From: Pristiophorus japonicus
Lineage: Eukaryota
Direction: 5' to 3'
Assembly: GCF_044704955.1 (NCBI RefSeq)
Contig: NC_091980.1
Span: 33,790,001 to 33,854,000, forward strand
Length of the DNA: 64,000 nt
Positions 9,263 through 22,201 of the stretch are shown piece by piece (position 1 is the stretch's first letter; each line of letters opens with the position of its first letter). The notes under the pieces were generated by a model, which had not been told where the DNA came from, did no database searches, and was given only the letters and a program-made list of their open reading frames with translations. The translations under genes were made by a program, and so were the position numbers.

Positions 9263-12200
9263 GAAGCCTGAAGGCTCTGTGCCCCAATGCGAGGAGTATT
9301 CAGAATAAGGTGGACGAATTAACTGCACAGATAGCAGTTAATGGGTATGATGTAATTGGCATCACGGAGACATGGCTTCAGGTTGACCAAGGCTGGGAAT
9401 TCAACATCCAGGGGTATTCAACATTTAAGAAGGATAGACAGAAAGGAAAGGGAGGTGGGGTGGCATTGCTGGTTTAGAAAGGAAATGAATGCAATAGTAA
9501 GAAAGGACATTAGCTTGGATGATGTGGAATCGGTATGGGTGGAGTTGCGGAATACCAAAGGTCAGAAAACGCTAGTGGGAGTTGTGTACAGACCACCAAA
9601 CAGTAGTAGTGAGGTTGGGGACAGCATCAAACAAGAAATTAGGGATGCATGCAATAAAGGTACAGCAGTTATCATGGGTGGCTTTACATATTGATTGGGC
9701 TAACCAGCGGTGGAGGAGGATTTCCTGGAGTGTATTCGGGATGGTTTTCTAGACCAGTATGTCGAGGAACCAATTAGGGAGCTGGCCATCCTAGACTGGG
9801 TGATGTGTAATGAGAAAGGACTAATTAGCAATCTTGTTGTGCAAGGCTCCTTGGGGAAGAGTGACCATAATATGGTAGAATTCTTTATTCAGATGGAGAG
9901 TGTTTTGGCTAAGATCTGCATAACTAACCTGACCAGCCACCATGACCTCCGGGTGGTTCCTCCCTGGTCAGGAAGGTATATGCTTACATTTTTGTAAACA
10001 GGAGGTGGGTGGGATGGCTTGACCCATCCACCTCCACGGAGGTGTGTGGGGGACCTGACCCATCCACCTCCATGGCACGAACCTGGTATTGCAGTACTTC
10101 CAGGAACGGTGCAGTGGCTCTAGGCCTTTTGGCTAAGAGCATTGGCGCAGAGTGATCCTTGACTGGTGCAGGGTGACCTCTGGCGTTTGTGACTTGACAA
10201 AGAATTGGAAACGATTGGCTACGAATTTATAATTAAAAAAAAAAAAAAAAAAAAATTCAGATGGAGAGTGACCCAGTTAATTCAGAAACTAAGGCCCTGA
10301 ACTGAAGGAAAGGTAACTTCGATGGTTTGAGGCGTGAATTGGCTAGAATAGACTGGCAAATAATACTTAACGGATTGACGGTGGATAGGCAATGGCAAAC
10401 ATTTAAAGATCACATGGATGAACTTCAGCAATTGTACATCCCTGTCTGGAGTAAAAATAAAACGGGGAAGGTGGCTCAACCATGGCTAACAAAGGAAATT
10501 AAGGATAGTGTTAAATCCAAGGAAGAGGCATATAAATTGGCCAGAAAAAGCAACAAACCTGAGGACTGGGAGAAATTTAGAATTCAGCAGAGGAGGACAA
10601 AGGGTTTAATTAAGAGGGGGAAAAATAGATTACGAGAAGAAGCATGCCGGGAACATAAAAACTGACTGCAAAAGCTTCTATAGATCTGTGAAGAGATAAA
10701 GATTAGTGAAGACAAATGTAGGTCCCTTGCAGTTGAATTCAGGTGAATTTATAATGGGGAACAAAGAAATGGCAGAGCAATTGAACAAATACTTTGGTTC
10801 TATCTTGAGAAAGAAGACAAAAATAACCTTCCGGAAGTACTGGGCGACCAAAGGTTTAGTGAGAAGGAGGAACTGAAGGATATCCTTATTGTCAGGAAAT
10901 GGTGTTGGGGAAATTGATGGGATTGAAGGCCGATAAATCCCTGGGGCCTGATAGTCTGCATCCCAGAGTACTTAAGGAAGTGGCCCTAGAAATAGTGGAT
11001 GCATTGGTGATCATTTTCCAACAGTCTATCAACTCTGGATCAGTTCCTATGGATTGGAGGGTAGTTAATGTAACACCACTTTTTAAAAAGGGAGGGAGAG
11101 GGAAAGCGGGTAATTATAGACCGGTTAGCCTGACATCAGTAGTGAAGAAAATATTGGCATCAATTATTAAGGATGAAATAGCAGCGCATTTGGAAAGCAG
11201 TGACAGGATCGGTCCAAGTCAGCATGGATTTATGAAGGGGAAATCATGCTTGACAAATCTTCCTGAATTTTTTGAGGATTTAACTAGCAGAGTGGACAAG
11301 GGAGAACCAGTGGATATGGTGTATTTGGACTTTCAAAAGGCTTTTACAAGGTCCCACACAAGAGATTGGTGTGCAAAATCAAAGCACATGGTATTGGGGG
11401 TAATATACTGACGTGGATAGAGAACTGGTTGACAGACAGGAAGCAAAGAGTCGGGATAAACGGGTCCTTTTCAGAATGGCAGGCAGTGACTAGTGGGGTG
11501 CCGCAGGGCTCAGTGCTGGGACCCCAGCTCTTTACAATATACATCAATGATTTAGTTGAAGGAATTGAGTGTAATATCTCCAAGTTTGCAGATGACACTA
11601 AACTGGGTGGCGGTGTGAGCTGTGAGGAGGACGCTAAGAGGCTGCAGGATGACTTCGACAGGTTAGCTGAGTGGGCAAATGCATGGCAGATGCAATAAAA
11701 TGTGGATAAATGTGAGGTTATCCACTTTGGGGGCAAAAACGCAAAGGCAGGATATTATCTGAATGGCGGCAGATTAGGAAAAGGGGAGGTGCAACGAGAC
11801 CTGGGTGTCATGGTTCATCAGTCATTGAAAGTTGGCATGCAGGTACAGCAGGCGGTGAAGAAGGCAAATGGTCTGTTGGCTTTCATAGCTAGGGAATTTG
11901 AGTATCGGAGCAGGGAGATCTTGCTGCAGTTGTACAGGGCCTTGGTGAGGCCTCACCTGGAATATTGTGTTCAGTTTTGGTCTCCTAATCTGAGGAAGGA
12001 CGTTTTGCTATTGAGGGAGTGCAGTGAAGGTTCACCAGACTGATTCCTGGGATGGCTGGACTGACATATGAGGAGAGACTGGATCAACTGGGCCTTTATA
12101 CATTGGAGTTTAGAAGGATGAGAGGGGATCTCATAGAAACATAAGATTCTGACGGGACGGGGCAGGTTCGATGCGGGTAGAATGTTCCCGATGTTGGGGA

Positions 12201-12506
12201 AGTCCAGAACCAGGGGACACAGTCTTCGGATAAGGGGACCATTTAGGACCTAGATGAGGAGAAACTTCTTCACTCAGAGTTATTAACCTGTGGAATTCCC
12301 TGCCGCAGAGAGTTGTTGATGCCAGTTCATTGGATATATTCAAGAGGGAGTTAGATATGGCCCTTAAGGCTAAGGGGATCAAGGGGTATGGAGAGAAAGC
12401 AGGAAAGGGGTACTAAGGGAATGATCAGCCATGATCATATTGAATGGTGGTGCAGGCTCGAAGGGCCGAATGGCCTACTCCTGCATCTCTTTTCTATGTC
12501 TATGTT
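9263..12506 (+). mobile_element. CR1 LINE with nearly complete, decayed ORF2 in SRA1 intron 1
   Basis: Endonuclease and RT ORF pieces 9356-12043, close to the 3620-6519 copy; tail TTTCTATGTCTATGTT. Confidence 0.95.
9903..10255 (+). mobile_element. U2 snRNA-derived retroposed element (candidate SINE) with poly(A) tail and 16-bp TSD
   Basis: TSD ATTCAGATGGAGAGTG at 9887-9902 and 10255-10270; A-run 10235-10255; U2-like segments TTTTGGCTAAGATC (9903), Sm site ATTTTTG (9988), ACCTGGTATTGCAGTACTTCCAGGAACGGTGCA (10081-10113), GGCCTTTTGGCTAAGAGC (10123-10140). Confidence 0.85.
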
Positions 12507-14631
12507 TCCTCATCTCCGTCTTGCATGGCTAACATCTTATTCTGAGATTACGCCCCCTAATTACGAATTTCTCAGAGGTTCTGAGCAAGAATCCTTCCCG
12601 AGTCCCTGTATGCTTCAGTAAAACGATGTCCTTCAGGGGGTCAAAGGTTACTTCTGAGATTGTTAGCTAAGTCTAGGATTGTAGCTAAAAGTCCTGATCT
12701 AGAAAAGTAAGCTATTGAGTAGAATTTTGATTTAACAAATATGGCTCAACTCAGTTCACCTTGTGTAGAATGACCATATTTCGAGCTGAGAGAGCCAAGA
12801 GTACTGTCCATTGAATAATGTCATTGATACCAGCAACACATTTATGAACAGTTTATATTTCAACAAGATTATGAATACCTAAATTCTATCTTTCAATCCT
12901 GTTCACAGCATGAAAGCATTTTAATGGAAGGAAAAATACATTAAAGCTAACGTCTCCCCCTTCGCGAAAACAATGTTTATAATGATGAATGCTGGAGAAG
13001 AAATAGTTTTCCTAGAGAAAAACTGCCATATTGATCTTCTGACAAGGATAACATTTTGCTGATTGACTTTTCCAACAAGCCCATCTTCACCTGGTTGACA
13101 CTGTTAAACAGGATCAATATTTATTCACAGCACAGAATTGCCACTTGTCTGGTGCATGTTAGTTGGAAAGCTCACTCGAAAATACATTTAAGGGGAAGCT
13201 AGATAAGCACATGCAGGTTCTGATAGGGTTAGATAAAGAGGGGTGGAAAAGGCTCTTGTGGAGCATAAACACCGACACAAACCAGTTGGGCCAAATAGCC
13301 TGTTTCTGTGCAGTAGACTCAATGTAACTCTGACTCAAAAGTTTGGAGTGGAAAGTTTTACACTGATACATTAATGAGTGTTCCTGTGACTTTTGGGCAG
13401 AGTAAGGGGAGCTTTACTTGATACTAACATGATGACAAAATGGAAACATTTATTTCACTGTGCATCACCGATATCCTTACCTTAATGCACACAAACTGAC
13501 TGCTCCAGGCAGCGGAATTTATTTTACAGAAGGTCATTCGGCCCGTCAAGCCCGTGCCGGCTCTCTGCAAGAGCAGTTCAGCTCGTCCCCCTCCCCTGCC
13601 CTTTCCCCATAGCCCTGCAATTTTTTTCCCTTCAGTTACTTATCCAATTCCCTTTTGAAAGCCACGAGCCTGCCTCTACCATCCTTTCAGGCGCTCCTAA
13701 CCACTCGCTGCGTAAAAAAGTTTTCCTTCGTGTTGCCTTTGGATCTTTTGCCAATTACCTTAAATCTGTGTCCTCTGGTTTGTATCCTGCCTCTTGCTAT
13801 TTTAAAAGAAATACGCCACCATTGGGTCATAGGTTGTGTGTTTCTTTCGGTGATTCTTTCCTATTTGAAGACCCGACATCAACACCTTTGCAACAAGATG
13901 AAAAATGACCCAGCGATGATGAAGGAACGGTGATATATTTACAAGTCAGGATGGTGTGTGACTTGAAGGGGAACTTGCAGGTGATGGTGTTCCCATGCAC
14001 CTGCTGTCGTTGTCCTTCTCGATGGGAGAAGTCACGGATTTGGGAAGTACTGTCTAAGAAAGTGAGTGAAGGGTGGCCACCTTAATGGAATGGAGTGCTC
14101 GTGAGCACTGCTATGATAGTGGAGGAAATAGGTTTGAGTTCGTTATCTTGGAAGTAGTAGATTAAATAGAAGTTGTCCATGTCTTCTGTTTGCTAATTGG
14201 GAACAACTCTTGATGCCTGCCTCTGTGTGTCCTCTCATTCACAGTTGATTATTTGCTTAGGGAGACATGGTGTAACAAAAACAGGAGAATGCCTTTCCTC
14301 TGTAATTAATGAACTGCTAATAAGATCATGTTAACGTGTGTCTTTGAAACATGAAGTTTTTGAGAATATGATTTTCATTCATGGTTAATTATGGAGAAAA
14401 ACAGGTTCTTGTGAAAAGGAATTTCATGTTTTAAGGAAATTGGAAAGAAAGTAAAGGATTTGATATTGCCACACAAAGAAAGGTCTTGCCCATTTGTAAA
14501 AATATTCATGACACTTGTAGTTTATTCTGTACATTTCAGATTTTGAATAGGTTACTGAATTTAGTTGTTTGGGGTTTTTTGGTATCATATGAGACTGACT
14601 TGCTTAATTATAAACATTTTTTTTAAATCAG

Positions 14632-14760
14632 GAAACCAGGAGCGAGGCTGGAATGATCCTCCTCAGTTTTCGTATGGTTTGCAGACACAAGCACAGATAG
14701 GACCAAGGAAGCATTTTCTTACTAAGAGGGTACCAGCACCTCAGCTGGATAAGCCAAAAG
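14632..14760 (+). CDS. SRA1: SRA1 coding exon 2
   Basis: TCAG|GA acceptor; [20 protein letters not shown]...LTKRVPAP is the diagnostic SRA1 N-terminal motif; donor AAG|GTGAGC. Confidence 0.95.
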
Positions 14761-15528
14761 GTGAGCATTAGTTACTACATTGCATATACAACCAAAGACA
14801 GAATATCTGCTTGGACTCGGTAGGAATAAATATTTCAGTTACAGTTACATCTAAATTGTGGTCATGACTAGTTTTTTTTCATGTAATCTTCCCCTTTTGA
14901 GTTGGTATCTCCACCAACTGTGCAGAAAATACGAGGAGCAAGTCTGGATTAATTTTTAGTCAAATCAGCACTTCCTTTACAACTGTTGTATTACTGGACA
15001 GCCCCAGTGTAAACATGGTTTTAATTTTTTACCAGTTTGTGTATTTTAAAAGAAAAAAATCTATCTCTTCCTATTGTAATTTGCTCACCTGTTTCACTAT
15101 TCCAGCTTGGGGTGGGGGGGGGGGTGCGGTGACGGCAAACAACCTCTGCATATGCTGATCTTGAGTGTACCATTAGGAGATGCATAGTAGTATGCTGAAT
15201 ACTTTCCTCAACTTCCCTTTCTCCCTCTCCTGAGAGCAATCATCTGTTTTCTGCTCCCCACTTCCTTCTCACCACAATTGAGAATTCACCACAGAGGAAA
15301 ATTAGGCTGGGAAGCTACCTCCTATCATGGAGCTCTCTGGCAACACATGGTTTAATTCAGCAGTATTGCTTAATTCAGAGATTACTCCACTTCCCTCCAT
15401 AAAGTCTGGTACAAACCACTTTTATATGAAACACCCTGTATTGCATTTACTACCAGTGACATAGTGATATAAAGATTTATTTTTCCAATGGCAGGATTCT
15501 AACGATATACTATGCATTTTTCCTGTAG

Positions 15529-15743
15529 TTTGTGGACCAGCTGGAATTCCTCCAGCAATGATACTATCTGGCTCTTCCATAGCCTGCGAGAAGATGCCAC
15601 CACCACCTCCAAAACTCTCCAGTCTTCCCAACACTTCTAAAGCAGAGCAAATCACTACAGTTGTGTCTGATTGTGAAGTAAATGTGGAAGATGTTTTAGC
15701 TCCATTGAATAAGAGACTAGAGGCTTGTAGGACAGCTGTTAAG
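15529..15743 (+). CDS. SRA1: SRA1 coding exon 3
   Basis: TTTTTCCTGTAG acceptor, phase-compatible; proline-rich MPPPPPK...VEDVLAPLNKRLEACRTAVK; donor AAG|GTAAGC. Confidence 0.92.
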
Positions 15744-15954
15744 GTAAGCAGAGAGTGAACGACATTCCTGCAGCAGGGTTCAGGAAATCTGACGCCACCA
15801 GCTTCTAAAAACAATAGCAATGTTACAGATATAATGTTTCCTGATTAAGGTAACAGCACCAGACTGTATTGCTGTTCTCCTGTTCAAATCAATCATGGGA
15901 TACCATGTTAAGCTCTTATCATGATTAATCAACAACACACTACATAGAGGTAAG

Positions 15955-16590
15955 ATAAAAACAGAAAATGCTGGAAATACTCAGCATGTCAGGCAGCATC
16001 TGTGAAGAGAGAAACAGAGTTAATGTTTCAGGTCGATGACCCTTCATCAGAACTCGCAAAAATTAAAAATATTACATGTTTTTAAGTAAGTGTAGGGAAA
16101 GGGTGGTAGGGAAGATAGAACAAAAGTGAAGGTCTGTAATAGGGTGGGGCAGAAGAGATTAAGAGACAAAAGGGATGATGGTGCAAGACAAAAGGAGATG
16201 GTAATGGGACAGGTTAAGAAACAAAAGATGAGTCTAGATAGGGTGTAAATGGAGATGGCAGAATCATCAATAGCTGCCATGGGAAAAAGAAAAAAGCAGA
16301 AAAAAAATAGGGGCAGTGGTTATGGTTTGAAATTGTTGAACTCGATTTTGAGTCCAGAAGGCTGTAAAGTACCTAAACAAAAGATGAGTTGCTGTTCTTC
16401 GAGCTTACGTTGAGCTTCATTGGAACAGTGTAAGAGGCCGATGACGGAGATATCAGAGTGGGAATGGAGTGGAGAATTAAAGTGACAGCCAACCGTAAGG
16501 TTGGGTCATGCTTACGGACTGAACGGAGGTGTTCTGCAAAATGGTCACCCAATCTGCGTTTGGTCTCCCCGATGTAGAGACTATTGACCA
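15955..16590 (-). mobile_element. Penelope-like element fragment (GIY-YIG endonuclease end)
   Basis: Minus ORF 16373-16597 LYIGETKRRLGDHFAEHLRSV; terminal AAAACAGAAAATGCTGGAAATACTCAGC typical of such elements. Confidence 0.8.
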
Positions 16591-16984
16591 GAACCACAGG
16601 AGGACTTGCTGCCCATTGAATAATGATGTAGATGTTGGACTGCTTTTTTTCGTTTTGTTGCTTTAAACGTCAGATTACACACACACTCAGTTGTAGTAAT
16701 GGCAGGATCAGGTCTTTATTGAAACTTCATACTACACAAAAACCAATATGAAAGTTACTGAGACATACACTTCACAAAACCAGTACATGCTCCCTGCTGT
16801 TAAGATGCACACCTTCTGTTTTTCAGTGTCTCTGCTAAAACAGTGTTCACTCACATCTCTTATACAAAAATCAGGTATTTGAACTCTATATTCCATATAT
16901 ACTATCAATAAATCATGTTACATCAAAAGTACATACATATACTTGAAACGTTTCCTCTGTCCATCTTTGGCTCATTTGCCATGA

Positions 16985-17617
16985 AGGAGTTCCGAGTAGA
17001 GCGCTTACTTTGGGAGTCTCGTGTCAGGCATGCAAACAATGTGGCGTGCCCAGCAGAGTTGATCGTGTGGGATCAGTGCTTCAATGCTGGGAATGTTGGC
17101 CTGGTCGAGCACGCTAACGTTGATGCATCTGTCCTCCCAGGGGATTTGCAGGATCTTGCGGAGACATTGTTGGTGGTATTTCTCCAGCGACAGGTGTCCA
17201 CTGTATATGGTCCATGTCTTTGAGCCATACAGGAGGGCAGGTATTACTACAGCTCTGTAGACCATGAGCTTGGTGGCAGATTTGAGGGCCTGGTCTTTGA
17301 ACACTCTTTTCCTCAGTGCAACATCCCCACCGACACCTAGGAGTCCCTGGCCAAAGACCGCCCTAAGTGGAGGAAGTGCATCCGGGAAGGCGCTGAGCAC
17401 CTCGAGTCTCATCGGCGAAAGCACGCAGAAACCAAACGCAGGCAGTGGAAAGAGCGTTCGGCAAAGCAGTCCCACCCACCCTTTCCCTCAACAACAGTCT
17501 GTCCCACCTGTTACAGGGACTGTGGTTCTCGGATTGGACTGTTCAGTCACCTAAGAATTCATTTTTAGAGTGGAAGCAAGTCTTCCTCGACTCCGAGGGA
17601 CTGCCTAAGATGATGAT
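16985..17617. mobile_element. RTE-clade LINE 3' portion in two opposite orientations (minus ~16985-17315, plus ~17316-17617)
   Basis: Minus: TKLMVYRAVVIPALLYG...CLRKILQIPWED; plus: C-terminal CPTC..C.SRIGLFSH and tail GTGGAAGCAAGTCTTCCTCG...GATGATGA. Confidence 0.8.
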
Positions 17618-18670
17618 ACAAATACTAACAGAATGACTATGTACACTAAACAACCAGCCACTCAATCTTCTGAAATCAGGTATTATTGCCACAATCGACT
17701 CTTGCCATGAATTTTATTACTATAACATACAGGTGACCAAATTGACACATTCGAATGGCTTTCCTGTGGAGAAATTCTCTCCTTTGATCTCGTATCTAAT
17801 TTACAATCCATGCTCATCAGAAAAGCTGCTTGAACTTTTAACCTAGCGTATGTCATCTCAGACTGCGCCAAAAGAGAGGTATTCCAGACTTTCGGTCCCA
17901 CGGTAGACACTCTAATCCACCTGAACCATTGCAACAGGCAAGTGGGGCATTGTTTAACGCTATATCTGAAGGAAGGCACCTTCAGGAATGCAGCACTTCC
18001 TCAGTATTGCACTAAAGTGTCAGCCTTGATTGTGTGCTCAAGACCTGGAGTGGGTCTTGAATCTACAACCTTTTGACTCAAAGGCGACAACCAAGCTGAC
18101 CTGCAGGAAAGCAGCAGCATAAACCTATCTTTCAAGTAGTAGTTCTATTCTCCCTTTGTGTTTCTATTCAAAGTGAGTATTAGCTGGGTATAGAAATTTG
18201 GTATTAATGAAGCAATCTGGTAAAAAGTTGCTGTACAAGTACGAGGTGTTATGCAATAAGTGGGAAAATTAATCACTGCCGTGATTGCCCATTTACAGAG
18301 ATCCCAATTTCAAGTTATAAATTGAGGAAGAGGTGCAGAGTGAAAGCCAAGCATTTCCCCAGAAAGGGACAATCCTATGAATCATTCAATGATCACCATT
18401 CTTCCACATCTTCAAGGTGTGAGTTTATTTTGTAGCAAAAATTATAGTTAATAGATTGACTGGCCACAGTTGGGGATTGATGGGCGATGCAGATGGATCT
18501 TAACAAAGACATTTATATTAAAAAACAGTGAAAACAACATTTCTGATTTTATTTTAAAAAAGCACTATTTTGATGGCAGTGAGTAAGTGCCGTGAAGAGT
18601 ATTGTATCATTTTAATAAGTGGCTGTAACAGCTACTAACTGAAGACTTTATTTTCAAATTTCCTGTCTAG

Positions 18671-18779
18671 AAACAAGTTTGTGATGATATTGGCAGACGG
18701 CTAATAATACTCCAGGACATGTGGCAGTCTGGAAAGCTCTCTGCATCAGTGCGAAAAAGGATGCACCTGCTCGCACAAG
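18671..18779 (+). CDS. SRA1: SRA1 coding exon 4
   Basis: [36 protein letters not shown]; CTAG| acceptor and AAG|GTAATC donor. Confidence 0.95.
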
Positions 18780-20828
18780 GTAATCAATTCATTGGGTCTT
18801 GAGATTTATATTTAATTTAATAAGTGGAAACTTGTATATGACGTACTTTGGAATGTGTTGAAAGATGTAATAAAATTCTATATAAATACAAGTTAGGCTT
18901 CTAGAAGTGTAAAAGACCTGTAACTCACAAGTGCCAAAATATGAGTAAGTACTTTTTTCTGTGACCACCCCAAGTAGGATGGACTTATGAAATCCCTAAT
19001 GCCAACCAAGCTATTGCAAAAGACACTGACTGGAGTACAAGTGCTTTATCCCTTGCTAGAAGAAGAATGAAATCAGAAAGTAATTCATTCATGCATCTCT
19101 GAGCAGTTGATTATAATGCCATTGGAAAAAAAACATGTCTTGTGTCTTATTTCCAAGCCAGAAAACTATGTATTTTGTGGAGAAGCTGAAAAGGGGAGAG
19201 AAAAATAATTTTAAAAATGGGAAACCAGGAATTAAGAAAGGTGGCACACTGCCTCAGTGTTTCTCTGAGATGTATTGAATAGGACAAAGACTAATTTCTC
19301 CACACACTGAGCACTCTGTCTCGGCATGCATTAATGTGGAGGTGCCAAGCAGAATGTAGATGCTAGGTATATTTCCTCAGGGACCATAATGTGCAGGGAG
19401 AGACACTTTCTAGCAGCTAAATATAGAATGATGTTGAAAAAGTTATGAGAAAGTCTGCCAGACCTCTCTGGCATGAGGTGTGACTAAGTAAAGGAAATTA
19501 TATTTTTACTTTAGTGCGATTCTTTTAGTAGACCTGAGCCTTTCAGCCAGTTCTGTCATCTTCTCTGCACATAGAAATCATATTATTAATCAGAAAGTAG
19601 TTAAATTGCCCTGTAAATTCAACAATTTCACAACTTGAAGATTTGATTCAATTGAAATGCCATTGAAATCTTCAAAGACATTGCTGATCTGAAGGTTGTG
19701 TAATAAGATAGAAATATGATTTGTTTTTACACCAAGACATGATAAAACATATTTCTAGGTAATAATGCAGCTTGGGTTGGTAAATTGCTCAAGCTTCAAC
19801 TTTGTCATTTCTGATCTCTGAAGCCCCTAACATTTGTATTGATTATCCTGTGTATAATAAATAATTCCAACCAGTAACTATATCAATGTATTTTTAATCC
19901 TGAACAAATTATTGATGACATTAAGCTTTCAGGGCTTTATAGCCCCAATTTAAAACCATGCAGCAGTTGATCCCCTCATTTTGTGGGGGTCCAATTGTTT
20001 AATTTAATTGAGAGACAATAAACTGTTCCTGGTCGTAGCTCATACAGCTGGAAAATAGCTGTATGTAGCATTGGACCCAGTCGTGAGTGTTTGACTTGTA
20101 TAGTGGTATGCTGATAGAGCTTTAAGTACAAAATTATCCATCAAATAGACTCAACACAGAAAACAATGCACCGAAACCTCGATGCAGCCAAAAAAATATG
20201 ACACTCAACCCAATAAATGATTTGTTTATTCAAACTTAGAAATCTATTTGTCAAACCAAGCCAATGAGAAATTATGGCAACCCTATTTAACAAGATTTTT
20301 TTTCCTTTTAGGTCAGCTTTTCATATTGAATGTGTGCTCTATAATGTAACACAGGGGTGTCTAACCTACAGCCCATAGAGCATTTATAGCCCTTGAACCT
20401 GGGAAATTTAGACCATGGAATGCAAGCAATGCAATGTTTATTTATGTATCTATTTTTTATGGCTGGCTTGTCCTGTTTGGAAAGGGTTGTTCTAAATACT
20501 GTTACATAATTGGTGGGTAAGTCCTAAATCGGAAGACCAAAATCTGTTAGCACCAGCAGATAGTGAACTGCAAATTAATGGAAACATTGATTTTAACTGT
20601 TATATCCGGCCTGTGAGGCTCTTTCATATGCATCATAAAAACAAAAATCTTGGCTCCTGATATATGAGAACTAAATCAGAATTGATTTCTCGGAACACAG
20701 CGTTTTCCCCTCGCCTCCAATCTCCTTTCCGTGCCTTTTCTGCACATCTCTGCGTTGTTGTAGTAGCATTTGGTTAAGGACATCTTTTAATTCCTAAAAA
20801 TGTCTAGTATATGTTTGTCTGTTAACAG

Positions 20829-21004
20829 AAATGGAGCACTGCAATTGGGATTCGGCTGATGAAATCCACAGATCTTTGATGGTTGACCACGTGAATGAAG
20901 TGGGGCAGTGGATGGTCGGAGTGAAACGCCTCATTGCTGAAACCAAAAATCTGCCTTCTGACCTTACTGCCTGTGCAAATAAAGGTTGTGAGTCAGAGAA
21001 CTGA
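20829..21004 (+). CDS. SRA1: SRA1 coding exon 5 (stop TGA 21002-21004)
   Basis: [38 protein letters not shown]; spliced CDS is 654 nt = 217 aa. Confidence 0.95.
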
Positions 21005-21594
21005 GATGCTAAGTTGAAACTGCTCATGATGACCCAGCTGACAAAACTGTTCTGCAATGAGAATGCAGTCAAGGACCAAAATTATAAAACCGTGACAATA
21101 GGAATAAAGATGATGCCTGCATTAAGCAGGAGCGAAAGCATGTATTTAGGCTGTACTGCATCTCGAGACTGTTCAAAAGTTTACAAAAGCACTTTAATCT
21201 TAAAGTAATGGACTGAGTTTCTCCATGACTTGCCCAGTCTCAAACCGCCAGGAAGCTGCTGCCATTATCAAATCCTTTCCATATATTATGTTTGGAAGGC
21301 GAGTGTCAAATGTTGACTACATCAGTTTCCTCTTCCACAGAAAATACAGTCACGCTCCATTACTACAAGCACAATCCAGAGACGATTTTTGTCTTATGTG
21401 GCTCATCTTACTGACGTCTGTAGAAATGAGCTTTCCATGTAACTTCACTGCAAGTAATTCAGAAACTGGGGCCCTCCTGCTGCATTTTTATTTTTAAAAC
21501 CATTATTAAAAATTCAAGGTGAAGAGTCATCTTGAAATAACTCTGGGTTGCTGTGTGTGTGTAAAGTCTTTCATTTTATAGTAAACCATTTTCC

Positions 21595-21853
21595 TTTCAA
21601 TCAACGTCACCAAAACATGATCTGGTCATTATCACATTGCTGTTAGTTGGAGCTTACTGTGAGCAATTTGGCTGTCGTATTTCCTACATGACAACAGTGA
21701 CTACACAAATCTGAATGATTTGTTTAGACACATGGCAATTTAAATTTGCACTGCTGATCTCTTGTCTCAAACATTAAAAGTTCTTCATTGGCTGTAAAGT
21801 GCTTTGGGACGTCCTGAGGTTGTGAAAGGCGCTATATGAATGCAAGTCTTTCT
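21595..21853 (+). mobile_element. Deu/SacSINE-like SINE 3' half in the SRA1 3' region
   Basis: CTGGTCATTATCACATTGCTG...CATTGGCTGTAAAGTGCTTTGGGACGTCCTGAGGTTGTGAAAGGCGCTATATGAATGCAAGTCTTTCTT; the reverse copy lies at 60480-60880. Confidence 0.7.
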
Positions 21854-22195
21854 TATACACACCTACATATACCATGTCCTTATTTGGAATGTGTTAGATG
21901 ATTGGATGAGATGAGGATAGCTGCATGCTTGGCTTGTTTGGAGCTGCGCTATGGTGAAGGTTGTTTTCTCTGACGAAACTGAGACTGGGAAGTGCTCTCT
22001 GGGAAAGTAAACACTTTAGATAGTTGCAAATATTCTTGGTCACGATCTCTATCGATGGCTACGAATGATGAGCATACCTTTCAAGTGTCCTGAATTGTCT
22101 GTTCTATCAATTTAAAAAAAAATGCTCGTTGGTATTTCACCATAAAGACTTTTTCTTATGCTTCCTATGGAAGGGGGATCAGAATACTCATCACA

Positions 22196-22201
22196 AATAA
22201 A
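22196..22201 (+). terminator. Candidate SRA1 polyadenylation signal AATAAA (a proximal one lies at ~21103)
   Basis: AATAAA hexamer downstream of the SRA1 stop and upstream of the next gene. Confidence 0.4.

Noticed and set aside
9903-10140. Functional U2 snRNA gene
   Set aside because: Lacks the branch-point recognition sequence and stem II, has duplicated modules, and is bounded by a TSD and poly(A) inside a LINE.
10145-10187. SECIS-like GUGAU/UGAC tandem G.A motif in the tail hairpin of the U2-derived element
   Set aside because: The upper stem is too short, there are no apical adenosines, and it is intronic rather than in a selenoprotein 3' UTR.
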